Source of the DNA: a virus
Taxonomy: Duplodnaviria > Caudoviricetes
Virus record (IMG/VR): IMGVR_UViG_3300044825_000063
Span: 1 to 29,139 of that record
DNA length: 29,139 nucleotides
Strand: one strand, 5' to 3'
Both the position numbers and the translations under genes were made by a program. The notes under the pieces are model-generated. The model ran no database searches. It was not told the origin of the DNA and saw nothing but the letters and a program-made list of their open reading frames with translations. The stretch's first letter is position 1, and the number at the start of each line of letters is the position of its first letter. Positions 9,489 to 17,509 of the stretch are shown in pieces.

Positions 9489-10394
9489 ATGAGCGGAATC
9501 ATGTTGATGCTCTTGGGGGCCAAAGGAGCGCCAAGTGCTACGCCAACGGTTGAATATCTTGTCGTCGCTGGTGGTGGCGGTGGTGGCTATTCTATTGGTG
9601 GTGGCGCTGGTGCCGGTGGTTTTAGAACCGGCAGCGGATTTTCTGTAACTGCTGGCGTCAGTTACACCGTTACTGTTGGCGGCGGCGGGAATGGCGCATC
9701 AAGTTACGCAAGAGGATCAACCGGCAGTAACTCTGTATTCAGCACCATTACTTCAGCAGGAGGCGGTGGCGGTGGATCATACAATCCACCAGCGGATACC
9801 GCAGGAATCATTGCTGGCGGCGCGGGCGGTTCTGGCGGCGGCGCAGGAGCGCGAGGGCCAAGCCAACAACCGGGCGGCGCAGGAAACACGCCCAGCACTT
9901 CCCCGTCACAAGGCAACAATGGCGGCAACGCCGCAACAGGCGGTGCTATCGCTGGCGGTGGCGGCGGTGCAAGTGCTGCTGGTCAGGCAGGAGCAGTCTC
10001 GCCTTATACGCCCGGCGCTGGTGGAAATGGAACAGCGTCAAGCATTAGCGGATCATCAGTTACCTACGCAGGCGGCGGTGGCGCAAGCGGTCAAATATAT
10101 TCACCGGGTGGCGTGAATTATAACGGCGCTGCTGGCGGTTCTGGCGGCGGTGGCGCAGGCGGTACTGTTAGCACCGGAACAAATGGAACGGCTAATAGCG
10201 GCGGCGGTGGCGGCGCAGGTTCTTATGATGATGGCACCGAATATGCCGGTGGCAACGGTGGCTCTGGCCGAGTCATCATTCGTTACTCGGATACTTATCC
10301 GGCTGCTGCTTCAACAACTGGATCGCCGACTGTAACCACTTCTGGTGGTTATCGCATATATAACTGGACATCTTCAGGTTCAATCACGTTCTAA
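9489..10394 (+). CDS. Glycine-rich domain tail/receptor-binding protein
   Basis: VEYLVVAGGGGGG...YTVTVGGGG...GGNGGSGRVIIRY pattern of phage Gly-rich domain proteins. Confidence 0.8.
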   Translation: MSGIMLMLLGAKGAPSATPTVEYLVVAGGGGGGYSIGGGAGAGGFRTGSGFSVTAGVSYTVTVGGGGNGASSYARGSTGSNSVFSTITSAGGGGGGSYNPPADTAGIIAGGAGGSGGGAGARGPSQQPGGAGNTPSTSPSQGNNGGNAATGGAIAGGGGGASAAGQAGAVSPYTPGAGGNGTASSISGSSVTYAGGGGASGQIYSPGGVNYNGAAGGSGGGGAGGTVSTGTNGTANSGGGGGAGSYDDGTEYAGGNGGSGRVIIRYSDTYPAAASTTGSPTVTTSGGYRIYNWTSSGSITF

Positions 10395-10397
10395 CTT

Positions 10398-10649
10398 ATG
10401 AAAACGTATCAATTGCTTGGTATCAATACGGCAATTCACTTGTTGCGTCCCGGTGCTAAATGGGAATGGACGGGCGGTGTTGGATTTACCGTTTGGGATG
10501 ACCCGAGGCCAAAGCCTTCCATTGAAGAAGTAATGGAAACGATTGATAAAATTAAAGCGTTTGAGGAAAGCATCAACACAATCTTGCTGCCCCATCAGCA
10601 GCAAGAATTGGAAAAATACATAAACGAATTAGAACAGGAAGCGGCGTGA
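10398..10649 (+). CDS. Small tail-module protein (XkdW-like/fibre-associated)
   Basis: AIHLLRPGAKW...W.DPRPKPS.EE motif recurrent beside phage fibre genes; tightly packed. Confidence 0.55.
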   Translation: MKTYQLLGINTAIHLLRPGAKWEWTGGVGFTVWDDPRPKPSIEEVMETIDKIKAFEESINTILLPHQQQELEKYINELEQEAA

Positions 10650-11248
10650 TTACATATAGCCTTTTCCCAACGGCTGTTGCAAAGTTTGAACTTGGACGGG
10701 ACTACACCGCCGAGGAAATGGCGTTTGTAAATTCGCAACCAACTCATAGCAATTCTGGAAATACGACAAGCGATAATCGCTATGTGTTGCGTCACGACAC
10801 GATGGCAAGCCTAAAGGCATTTGCCGAAGCAAGCGTTAATGAATATTTACGCTCTATTTGTGCGCCAAAGCATGAGGTTGCATTGCGTCTCACGCAATCT
10901 TGGCTCAACTACACAAAAGATGGTCAATACCATCATAAGCACGAACATCCGAATTCGTTTGTGTCAGGCGTGTTGTACTTAAAAGCCGCTCGTCAAAAAG
11001 ACAAAATTCATTTTTATAAAAGTTTGTACCAACAGATTAAATTGCCAACTGATCAATTCAACGTCTACAACAGCGATTCATGGTGGCTTGAGGTAGGCGC
11101 TGGCGATCTAATGCTATTCCCGTCAAGTTTGACGCACATGGTTGAAACCGTGCAGGGCGATGAAAGAGTGTCCTTGGCTTTTAACACATTTCCGGTTGGC
11201 TACGTCGGCGACGAAAGCCATTTAACGGCATTGCATTTGGAGCATTGA
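10646..11248 (+). CDS. Putative 2OG-Fe(II) oxygenase (TIGR02466-like)
   Basis: SWLN...HHKHEHPNSFVSGVLY (HxH), GDLMLFPSSLTHMV (distal His) and RVSLAFN (2OG-binding RxS). Confidence 0.88.
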   Translation: MITYSLFPTAVAKFELGRDYTAEEMAFVNSQPTHSNSGNTTSDNRYVLRHDTMASLKAFAEASVNEYLRSICAPKHEVALRLTQSWLNYTKDGQYHHKHEHPNSFVSGVLYLKAARQKDKIHFYKSLYQQIKLPTDQFNVYNSDSWWLEVGAGDLMLFPSSLTHMVETVQGDERVSLAFNTFPVGYVGDESHLTALHLEH

Positions 11249-11249
11249 T

Positions 11250-11615
11250 ATGGCGCATTTTGCACAGTTGGATGAAAACAATGTCGTGCTTCAAGTCATT
11301 GTGGTGGCTAATGAAGACACAACGGACGAGAACGGCAACGAAGTGGAAAGCATCGGTGCTGCGTTCTGCCAAGGGCTTTTGGGCGGTAACTGGAAGCAAA
11401 CCAGTTACAACGGCAACATCCGCAAGAACTACGCTGGTATCGGCTACGCCTACCGCGCTGACATTGACGCTTTTGTAGCGCCGCAGCCGTACCCGTCGTG
11501 GACGCTGGACGCTGATGCAAAGTGGCAAGCTCCAGTTCCGATGCCAACTGACGGCAAGATGTACTCATGGGATGAAGCCACGTTGTCGTGGGTCGCAGTT
11601 GAGGGTATGCCGTGA
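11250..11615 (+). CDS. Conserved tail-fibre-associated phage protein
   Basis: MAHFAQLDENNVV...WKQTSYNGNIRKNYAGIGY...DAFVAPQPYPSW...WQAPVPMP family pattern. Confidence 0.75.
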   Translation: MAHFAQLDENNVVLQVIVVANEDTTDENGNEVESIGAAFCQGLLGGNWKQTSYNGNIRKNYAGIGYAYRADIDAFVAPQPYPSWTLDADAKWQAPVPMPTDGKMYSWDEATLSWVAVEGMP

Positions 11616-11806
11616 CATCAGTCCAAGAGCTAGAAGTGACCGTTACCAGCCACATTGATGTTTGCACAGTACGGTACGAGGCCATCCACGCTCGCCTCAA
11701 GCGCCTTGAGCAACTGATGTTAAAGATCGGTGGCGCAATCATTTTGATCCTGCTTGGCGCACTCGGCAGCATGGCTGTTTTGCTTCTTGAGGCTGTCCAA
11801 AAATGA
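11612..11806 (+). CDS. Small single-TM membrane protein of the lysis region
   Basis: GTGA overlap; H..VC..RYE.I..RLKRLE coiled segment followed by one hydrophobic helix. Confidence 0.7.
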   Translation: MTSVQELEVTVTSHIDVCTVRYEAIHARLKRLEQLMLKIGGAIILILLGALGSMAVLLLEAVQK

Positions 11807-12216
11807 CTGAACCCACCGACATCCAGTTGCTGAAGGTGCAGATACAGGCCGAGTTGCAACGGCTTGAGGCACAGTCGTCTGCCAAAGACGTAGCCGGTAA
11901 GGCCATCGGCAAGGACGGGCTAAAATACATTACGGCCATCGTGGTCATCGGTGTGTTATCTAGCCTTGCGCTGGATTCGGACAAGATCGCTGCTGTGATG
12001 GGGCTACTCGGTGCCTCGCTGACCGCTCTTATCTCCATGCTTGCCAATATCGCAGGCACGGTGGAGAAGGAAGAAAAGCCCGAGTTTGAGGTGATTAAGG
12101 AACTTATCGCCAAACTAGACCGGCTGGATCGCAAAGAACAGCCGATGCGGGTGGATGTTGAGGGCGATCATGTCACCGTCACCAAGGGCGACGACGTTGT
12201 GAGGGCTTCCAAATGA
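11803..12216 (+). CDS. Two-TM membrane protein (holin/antiholin-like candidate)
   Basis: ATGA overlaps at both ends; two hydrophobic segments. Confidence 0.6.
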   Translation: MTEPTDIQLLKVQIQAELQRLEAQSSAKDVAGKAIGKDGLKYITAIVVIGVLSSLALDSDKIAAVMGLLGASLTALISMLANIAGTVEKEEKPEFEVIKELIAKLDRLDRKEQPMRVDVEGDHVTVTKGDDVVRASK

Positions 12217-12698
12217 TGACGATGGTTAGCACGTTCCTGTCGTTCCTTGCAGGCGGTTTGCCCAAGATTCTGCAAATCTTCCAAGACCGCCAAGACAAAA
12301 AGCATGAGTTAGCCCTTGTTGCCGCGCAGAAGGAGCGTGAACTAGCCCTTGCAGAGCGGGGGTTTATCGCACAAGCACGGGTTGAGGAAATCAAACTAGA
12401 ACAGGTGCAGACGCAGACGGCTGCCGAGGAGCGTCAGGCGCTATACAACCACGACATTGAGATTGGCAAAGGCGCATCCCAATGGATGATTAACCTGCGT
12501 GCCTCGGTACGTCCGGTTGTAACCTACATTTTTGTGCTGGAGCTGGTCGCGCTGAACATCGCGGGCGTCTGGTACGCCTACACCACCGGCATCCCGTTTG
12601 CGATCGCTATGGAAAACGTATTCAGCGACGACGAAATGATGATACTAGCGTCTATCATCGCGTTTCATTTTGGTGGTAGAGCATTCTCGCAGAAGTGA
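12213..12698 (+). CDS. Holin (GTA 3TM holin-like)
   Basis: LRASVRPVVTY...IIAFHFGGR motif; immediately upstream of the lysozyme. Confidence 0.75.
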   Translation: MMTMVSTFLSFLAGGLPKILQIFQDRQDKKHELALVAAQKERELALAERGFIAQARVEEIKLEQVQTQTAAEERQALYNHDIEIGKGASQWMINLRASVRPVVTYIFVLELVALNIAGVWYAYTTGIPFAIAMENVFSDDEMMILASIIAFHFGGRAFSQK

Positions 12699-13177
12699 AG
12701 GTTAGCCCTGCTGCTATCAACATGATCAAACACCATGAGGGCGTCAGAACACGCCCTTATCGGTGTCCTGCGTTGTTATGGACGGTCGGGGTTGGTCACG
12801 TTATAGACCCCTCACACGCGGCGGTGAAATATGAGGAACGGCGCACCTTACCGATACCGGATGGCTGGGATCGCATCCTCACTATGGGAGAGGTGGACGC
12901 TATCCTTGCTCAAGACCTTGGCCGGTTTGAGCGCGGCGTGGCCCGACTTTGCCCTGCTGTTGTTGGTCATCAAGGCCGGTTTGACGCATTGGTGAGTTTT
13001 GCCTTCAACGTCGGCCTTGGGAACTTGCAACGCTCCAGCCTACGCATGAAAACCAACCGTGGCGAGTTTGAAGAAGCCGCCGACGAGTTTATGAAATGGA
13101 CAAAAGCCGGTGGCCGAGTGTTACCCGGCCTTGTTAAGCGGCGTCAGGATGAGCGGGCGCTATACCTTAACGGTTAA
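12695..13177 (+). CDS. Endolysin, GH24 phage lysozyme
   Basis: HHEGVRTRPYRCPALLWTVGVGH (E-x8-C-x5-T), FDALVSFAFNVG and GLVKRRQDE motifs. Confidence 0.95.
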   Translation: MKVSPAAINMIKHHEGVRTRPYRCPALLWTVGVGHVIDPSHAAVKYEERRTLPIPDGWDRILTMGEVDAILAQDLGRFERGVARLCPAVVGHQGRFDALVSFAFNVGLGNLQRSSLRMKTNRGEFEEAADEFMKWTKAGGRVLPGLVKRRQDERALYLNG

Positions 13178-13397
13178 GCAGATACTCTATTTCGTTGCGG
13201 AGCGTCTTAATCTCTAACTCCAGCAGCGATGCCTCATCGTGTAGCCCCATGCGCCGCATCGCCACAAACGCATTAGCAAGCCTGTCGCCCTGCTTTTGAC
13301 CATATCCCCAAGGGATGCGCTCTAGCTCCTCCTTCCACGCTCCCGGTGGGGATAAGTCATCTATCAGCGAGCCTGTCAGTTCGCACCGTTTCACCAT
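13167..13397 (-). CDS. Hypothetical protein (last gene of leftward operon)
   Basis: ATG at 13397 after GAGGGCGGG, overlapping the upstream stop; 76 aa. Confidence 0.55.
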   Translation of the reverse strand: MVKRCELTGSLIDDLSPPGAWKEELERIPWGYGQKQGDRLANAFVAMRRMGLHDEASLLELEIKTLRNEIEYLLNR

Positions 13398-13504
13398 ATA
13401 TCCCGCCCTCCTCGGGAGCAGCGCCAGTTTGGATATGGCACAGAGCGCCATTCACGATCACGGTTGGCCTGTAGCCTGCGGAATAGGTCAATGATCCATC
13501 TCAC
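13391..13504 (-). CDS. Small basic hypothetical protein (37 aa, MRWIIDLFRRLQANRDREWRSVPYPNWRCSRGGRDIW)
   Basis: GTGA start/stop overlap with the upstream gene and GGAGG RBS; fills the gap exactly. Confidence 0.5.
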   Translation of the reverse strand: MRWIIDLFRRLQANRDREWRSVPYPNWRCSRGGRDIW

Positions 13505-14052
13505 GGTAATGCCTCCACGCTGTAAGACATTGACGGGGATTTCCAATCCCTCGGAACATCCCCGCCAATCCAAGACGGGTCACACCACAACAGCCTGTTG
13601 TTGGGGTACGCAATCCATTGCCCATCGTCTAACGCAATAATGTGGTGATCCTTGCTCTGGTCGGGTACTTCACTCCACCCACCATTAGCCCAAAACACGG
13701 TAAAAAGATACACACCGGGGCGCTGCACGCCATCGCGCCCGATAGCCTTGACGCGGTGGTTACGCAGGAACTGCACCTCACGCACCTCGCAGAATCGGCT
13801 AAAAGAATCCCACCAGCAGGCAATCTGGAGGCTCATAGCGGGGCAGGGCTTGCTGCATAGGGCATGGATAGGGATACGCGCCCATTGCGCCCCCTGCGCC
13901 GTCATAAGCTGAAACATGGGTACGCGCATGGGTTCGGCGCGAAAGCCAAATACGGTTACCTCGGTGAATTCTCCGTGGCCTTTCTGCTGGTCGTACAGAA
14001 ACTCGTTACGGACGTAGGCCGTGGTGTACGGCGTATCTACCCAGAAACTCAT
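13501..14052 (-). CDS. Conserved phage hypothetical protein
   Basis: YVRNEFLYD...HGEF...GAQWARIPIHAL...WDSFS...K.HHII.LDDG...AYPNNR pattern that I recall from aquatic phages; function unknown. Confidence 0.75.
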   Translation of the reverse strand: MSFWVDTPYTTAYVRNEFLYDQQKGHGEFTEVTVFGFRAEPMRVPMFQLMTAQGAQWARIPIHALCSKPCPAMSLQIACWWDSFSRFCEVREVQFLRNHRVKAIGRDGVQRPGVYLFTVFWANGGWSEVPDQSKDHHIIALDDGQWIAYPNNRLLWCDPSWIGGDVPRDWKSPSMSYSVEALP

Positions 14053-14333
14053 ATCAGCCCCTCTTTCTCTAGTTGCACGATGGTTCGCGCCATGCCGTCG
14101 TAATGGGCTAGACGTAACTCATCGCGTGTCATGCCGCTCTTGCGTGTTCTACCGTCTATTTCGTCGTGACAGGCGCTACACGCCCACGCACCAAGCAGAT
14201 CGGGTGATTTCATGCCCATGCCGCTGACGCCCACAAGGCGTATGTGTGCAAGCACGGTACTGGCGCTGTTGAAGTTGCACACGCCCGGTATGCGTACCGT
14301 ACAGCCTCGGTCTTTGGCAGCCTTACGCAGCAT
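14049..14333 (-). CDS. ybcO: DUF1364/YbcO-family putative Zn-binding nuclease
   Basis: CTVRIPGVC...TVLAH...GMGMKSPD...AWACSACHDEIDGR. Confidence 0.88.
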   Translation of the reverse strand: MLRKAAKDRGCTVRIPGVCNFNSASTVLAHIRLVGVSGMGMKSPDLLGAWACSACHDEIDGRTRKSGMTRDELRLAHYDGMARTIVQLEKEGLI

Positions 14334-14730
14334 ATACAGGCTCCGGTATCACGATGCCCATGTCAGCGCAGCGTGTTTCTAGGAACAGCAAATAATCGCT
14401 GAATTCTTGTTTGGTCAGTTTGCTAGATCGCTTGATCGGGCGCATACGCTTGCGGCCAAAGCCTTCTAGCGTCTCCCAACCTCCCCATTCGCCCAACATA
14501 TATTCGTGTATGTCGTCTCGCGTCCAACCTGCCAGCGCCTCACCACCACCCTCTAGGATCGCGGGATAACACACGCCCCAAAGAAAGCGGTTTTGTTGAT
14601 CGGTGCGCGGGCGCTTCCACTCCAGCACCTCTATGCACCACGCACGGTCAGGCGATAAGCCCTGCACCATACGGGCAGCAGCTACGGCTAACTGCTCTGG
14701 TGTGGTGCCTTTAGGAAATATGCGCTTCAC
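14323..14730 (-). CDS. ninB: NinB/Orf-family recombination mediator
   Basis: RTDQQNRFLW and SSKLTKQEFSDYL motifs; GTG start at 14730 after GAGGAG; adjacent to ybcO. Confidence 0.75.
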   Translation of the reverse strand: MKRIFPKGTTPEQLAVAAARMVQGLSPDRAWCIEVLEWKRPRTDQQNRFLWGVCYPAILEGGGEALAGWTRDDIHEYMLGEWGGWETLEGFGRKRMRPIKRSSKLTKQEFSDYLLFLETRCADMGIVIPEPVYAA

Positions 14731-15379
14731 GCATCCACTCCTCGCCGTATTCCACATCCATGTAGTCGGCAAACCACGGGCCACCACGGGTGAAATGCAC
14801 GGCAATCGGGTTCGGGCATTGATCGCGGGTATGCCAGCCTTCAAGATAATTCCATGTCGTTGGCAACTCCCCGATTACGTCATCGGTGAGCCAATTAAAA
14901 CGGTGCAGGTACATCCCCGTCTCGCGGTTTACCACCTCGGGTGTAAGAACCTTGACTTGGCTGTGGCCGCAGTTGATAAACATGAAAGATGACCAGTTCT
15001 TTCGTGGATATTGATGCTGCGCTTTGTTGTCCATCTTGACGGTTTCAGTAGGCCGGTAATCGTGCTTTACAAGAAAGCAGGCTTTTGCCCCATCGGCGTA
15101 GTCCAACAGTCCCGCAATGTCCCCCCTGAAAAGAAAATCGCAGTCCACAAATACCGCCCAGCCGTCGTAACCGGCGAGATATGGGGTCAAAAAGCGGGTA
15201 AACGAAAACTCCGTAGACGACAGCGGATCAGCCTCACGCCAGTAAAGTCCACGCTCCCGAAGTTCTGACTGCACGATGGGCTGGATGTCCACCTCCACGC
15301 TGGAGTGCTTGAGGATGCTTTTACGGCAAACCTGATACGCAATATCCTCGCGGCTATCCCAACCGATAAATACCTTCAT
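14711..15379 (-). CDS. GT-A fold glycosyltransferase (GT8-like)
   Basis: VFIGWDSRE, STEFSFTRFL, FVDCDFL (DxD), YPRKNWSS, WNYL and HFTRGGPW motifs. Confidence 0.9.
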   Translation of the reverse strand: MKVFIGWDSREDIAYQVCRKSILKHSSVEVDIQPIVQSELRERGLYWREADPLSSTEFSFTRFLTPYLAGYDGWAVFVDCDFLFRGDIAGLLDYADGAKACFLVKHDYRPTETVKMDNKAQHQYPRKNWSSFMFINCGHSQVKVLTPEVVNRETGMYLHRFNWLTDDVIGELPTTWNYLEGWHTRDQCPNPIAVHFTRGGPWFADYMDVEYGEEWMREAHIS

Positions 15380-15846
15380 AGCCGTTCCTCAAAATCTATG
15401 TACCGCCAGCCAAGATATTCGGGCGTGACGGCATAAACGTCGTAGTCGTAGCCACGCTCCCGATCCACTATCTTTTGCACACGCCAATCGGGAAACGTCG
15501 TTTTAACGTCCACCAGCGCCGCTACGGTCATGCTGGCGTTGACGATGTAGTAGTAATCAGGGCGAGGATCGGCAGCATCAAACGACTTCTTGGCGCAGAT
15601 AGCGGCAGTCTCAAACGGCCACGCCTGATACGCAAAATCGTGCTTGATGTGCTTTACCTCTATCCGCTTACCCGAGGCATATATGTCGCCCCTATCGGCA
15701 AACTCTGCCCGGTCGGCAAAATCTTTTGCCATGCGCCGCTTGGGCAGCGTCACGGTATGGCCGATGTTGAGAAGATAAGTCGCCACGACAATCTCTGCCG
15801 GGCGACTTGCCCTAAACCTAGCCTCAAAATCAGAAGGGTGTATCAA
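15376..15846 (-). CDS. PD-(D/E)xK nuclease-like protein
   Basis: E...DRGDIYASGKRIEVKH motif; TTG start is uncertain. Confidence 0.55.
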   Translation of the reverse strand: MIHPSDFEARFRASRPAEIVVATYLLNIGHTVTLPKRRMAKDFADRAEFADRGDIYASGKRIEVKHIKHDFAYQAWPFETAAICAKKSFDAADPRPDYYYIVNASMTVAALVDVKTTFPDWRVQKIVDRERGYDYDVYAVTPEYLGWRYIDFEERL

Positions 15847-16114
15847 GGTCGTCCCAATTCGTTTCGGTGATTTCTGGCTTCTTGGTCGGCTGGCGCTGCG
15901 GTTCGCCAGTACGAGCTAACTTGCCCTCGCCCTTGGGTTCAATCTTAATGCTCATGTACTTGTCACCTGTCTTTTGCGAGGACTTAATCCAAGCCGACAG
16001 GTTGTAATCCACGTTGTTGATCACCGCCGAACCACGGTAGTCAGGCCGTTTTTCATTCCCACTTTTGTCATTGCGGAATAAAACGCCCTTCATGTTCGGA
16101 TCGTATTGGGTCAC
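15830..16114 (-). CDS. DUF736-like putative ssDNA-binding protein with acidic SSB-type tail
   Basis: GVLFRN...KRPDYRG...LSAW...YMS; ends WDDLDTPF; follows the ERF/exonuclease pair. Confidence 0.7.
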   Translation of the reverse strand: MTQYDPNMKGVLFRNDKSGNEKRPDYRGSAVINNVDYNLSAWIKSSQKTGDKYMSIKIEPKGEGKLARTGEPQRQPTKKPEITETNWDDLDTPF

Positions 16115-16722
16115 AGTTTCAACTCCTTCAACTTGGTTACTTTTTCGTCTAATTCTGCGAGGAACTTACGCACCTCGTCCTCTAACTCGGCAATGCGTTT
16201 ATCGTCACGCGGAACCCGCACAATCAGCATTTGCAGATGCTCGGGTAAACGCGGGTCGTAGCTCACAAAGTCACACCATTTCGTCATCGTGCAGGCCATC
16301 TGCCATTGCATCTGCGTGACGTACTTTTCGGGTGGTTTGCCTGATAACAGATATTCCAAGTGGGTCGCGGTGTTGGGGCATTTGAACTCCACCAACCCCT
16401 CGTCACTCACAATGCCGTCAGGGGACGCGCCAGAGTCGCGCAACACTAAATGCTGCACAAACCCTGTCTCTGCCACCAACTCGCCTGTGCGGGCGCTATA
16501 GGCGGCTCTAGCGTGTGGTTCTTGCTCCGTACCCCACTCCATCGCCGCGTTGCTAAACGACGACGCTTTTTGTCCCGTCAGCCGCTCCACAATCAGGTCG
16601 GCCATGTAGTTATCACGGGAGGCGCTGTAGCCGCTTTTGGTCTTGGCAACCACATCGGCCACGCGGGAAGCGGTAACCTTGCCAAGCCGCGCCTTGTGCC
16701 AATCATCGGTACGCTGTTCCAT
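16111..16722 (-). CDS. YqaJ/lambda-type 5'-3' exonuclease
   Basis: QRTDDWHKARLGKVTAS, MEWGTEQE, GASPDG, EFKCP, QMQWQM and FVSYDPR motifs. Confidence 0.95.
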   Translation of the reverse strand: MEQRTDDWHKARLGKVTASRVADVVAKTKSGYSASRDNYMADLIVERLTGQKASSFSNAAMEWGTEQEPHARAAYSARTGELVAETGFVQHLVLRDSGASPDGIVSDEGLVEFKCPNTATHLEYLLSGKPPEKYVTQMQWQMACTMTKWCDFVSYDPRLPEHLQMLIVRVPRDDKRIAELEDEVRKFLAELDEKVTKLKELKL

Positions 16723-17276
16723 TACACATTCTCCGAGGTGGTCAGTTCTTTCTTGCGGGCGGTAAACGCATCAATGTGCGTCATGCGCTGCTCTTTGGTC
16801 AGGCGCTTAAACAACCCGTTAAGGCTGTCTATAGATTTTGTGCTGTTAATCAGCGCCACCAAGTCCTCGTCAAGTTGAGGGGCAGCCTTACGCCCCTGTG
16901 CGGCCTCGGCGTCATCGTCAATCTGTGCCAATCCGACAATCGCAGCCAGCGCATAACGACGGGCGTAGGTAATGCCCGAGCCTTGCCCCTGCGGGCTGGC
17001 ATCCTTGGTCAACACCGGCATTTCGCCCGCGATCCACTCACCGCTGCTATGCGCCAACGTCGTCACTAGCATCAATCCTTGCTCGGCCATGCGGGTTGTC
17101 TGGATCACCGACAAACCGTTAGCGGCTAATTGTTTACGACACGCATCCCAGCATGACGCAAGGTCAGCGTATTTGCTTTTGAAAAACGGGTTGCTACTGT
17201 CTTTCAGCGCACCCGTAATGTCGGCTTGGGCTTTGCTTAACGCGGCGGCCAATGCGCCAATGGTTTCACTCTGCAT
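16722..17276 (-). CDS. erf: ERF-family single-strand annealing recombinase
   Basis: KDSSNPFFKSKYADL, HSSGEWI and QGQGSGITYARRYALAAIVG...DDDA motifs. Confidence 0.95.
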   Translation of the reverse strand: MQSETIGALAAALSKAQADITGALKDSSNPFFKSKYADLASCWDACRKQLAANGLSVIQTTRMAEQGLMLVTTLAHSSGEWIAGEMPVLTKDASPQGQGSGITYARRYALAAIVGLAQIDDDAEAAQGRKAAPQLDEDLVALINSTKSIDSLNGLFKRLTKEQRMTHIDAFTARKKELTTSENV

Positions 17277-17394
17277 CTTCTTGCTCCTTTAGTTCTGCCA
17301 AAGCCTTATTGCAGGCTTCTATGCGTTCTTGTTCTTCACGTTCCTGCATCTCTAAATCCAACTGGTGCCACCAGCTCATGTCATCATCGTTCAT
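17266..17394 (-). CDS. Small acidic hypothetical protein (42 aa)
   Basis: ATG at 17394 after GAGAGGG; MNDDDMSWWHQLDLEMQEREEQE...; overlaps the erf start. Confidence 0.6.
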   Translation of the reverse strand: MNDDDMSWWHQLDLEMQEREEQERIEACNKALAELKEQEDAE

Positions 17395-17509
17395 AACTTG
17401 CAGCCCTCTCTGTGGGAGTACAGCCGCCGTCACCACATGGGTCGCACGCAGCGGCAAGTAAATACAACACAATTAAACCGATAAACTGCGGCCAAGGTGA
17501 GCGGCTCAT
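17384..17509 (-). CDS. Putative small lipoprotein (41 aa), absent from ORF track
   Basis: Manual translation MSRSPWPQFIGLIVLYLLAAACDPCGDGGCTPTERAASYER; ATGA overlap with the upstream stop; hydrophobic core then LAAAC. Confidence 0.6.
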   Translation of the reverse strand: MSRSPWPQFIGLIVLYLLAAACDPCGDGGCTPTERAASYER

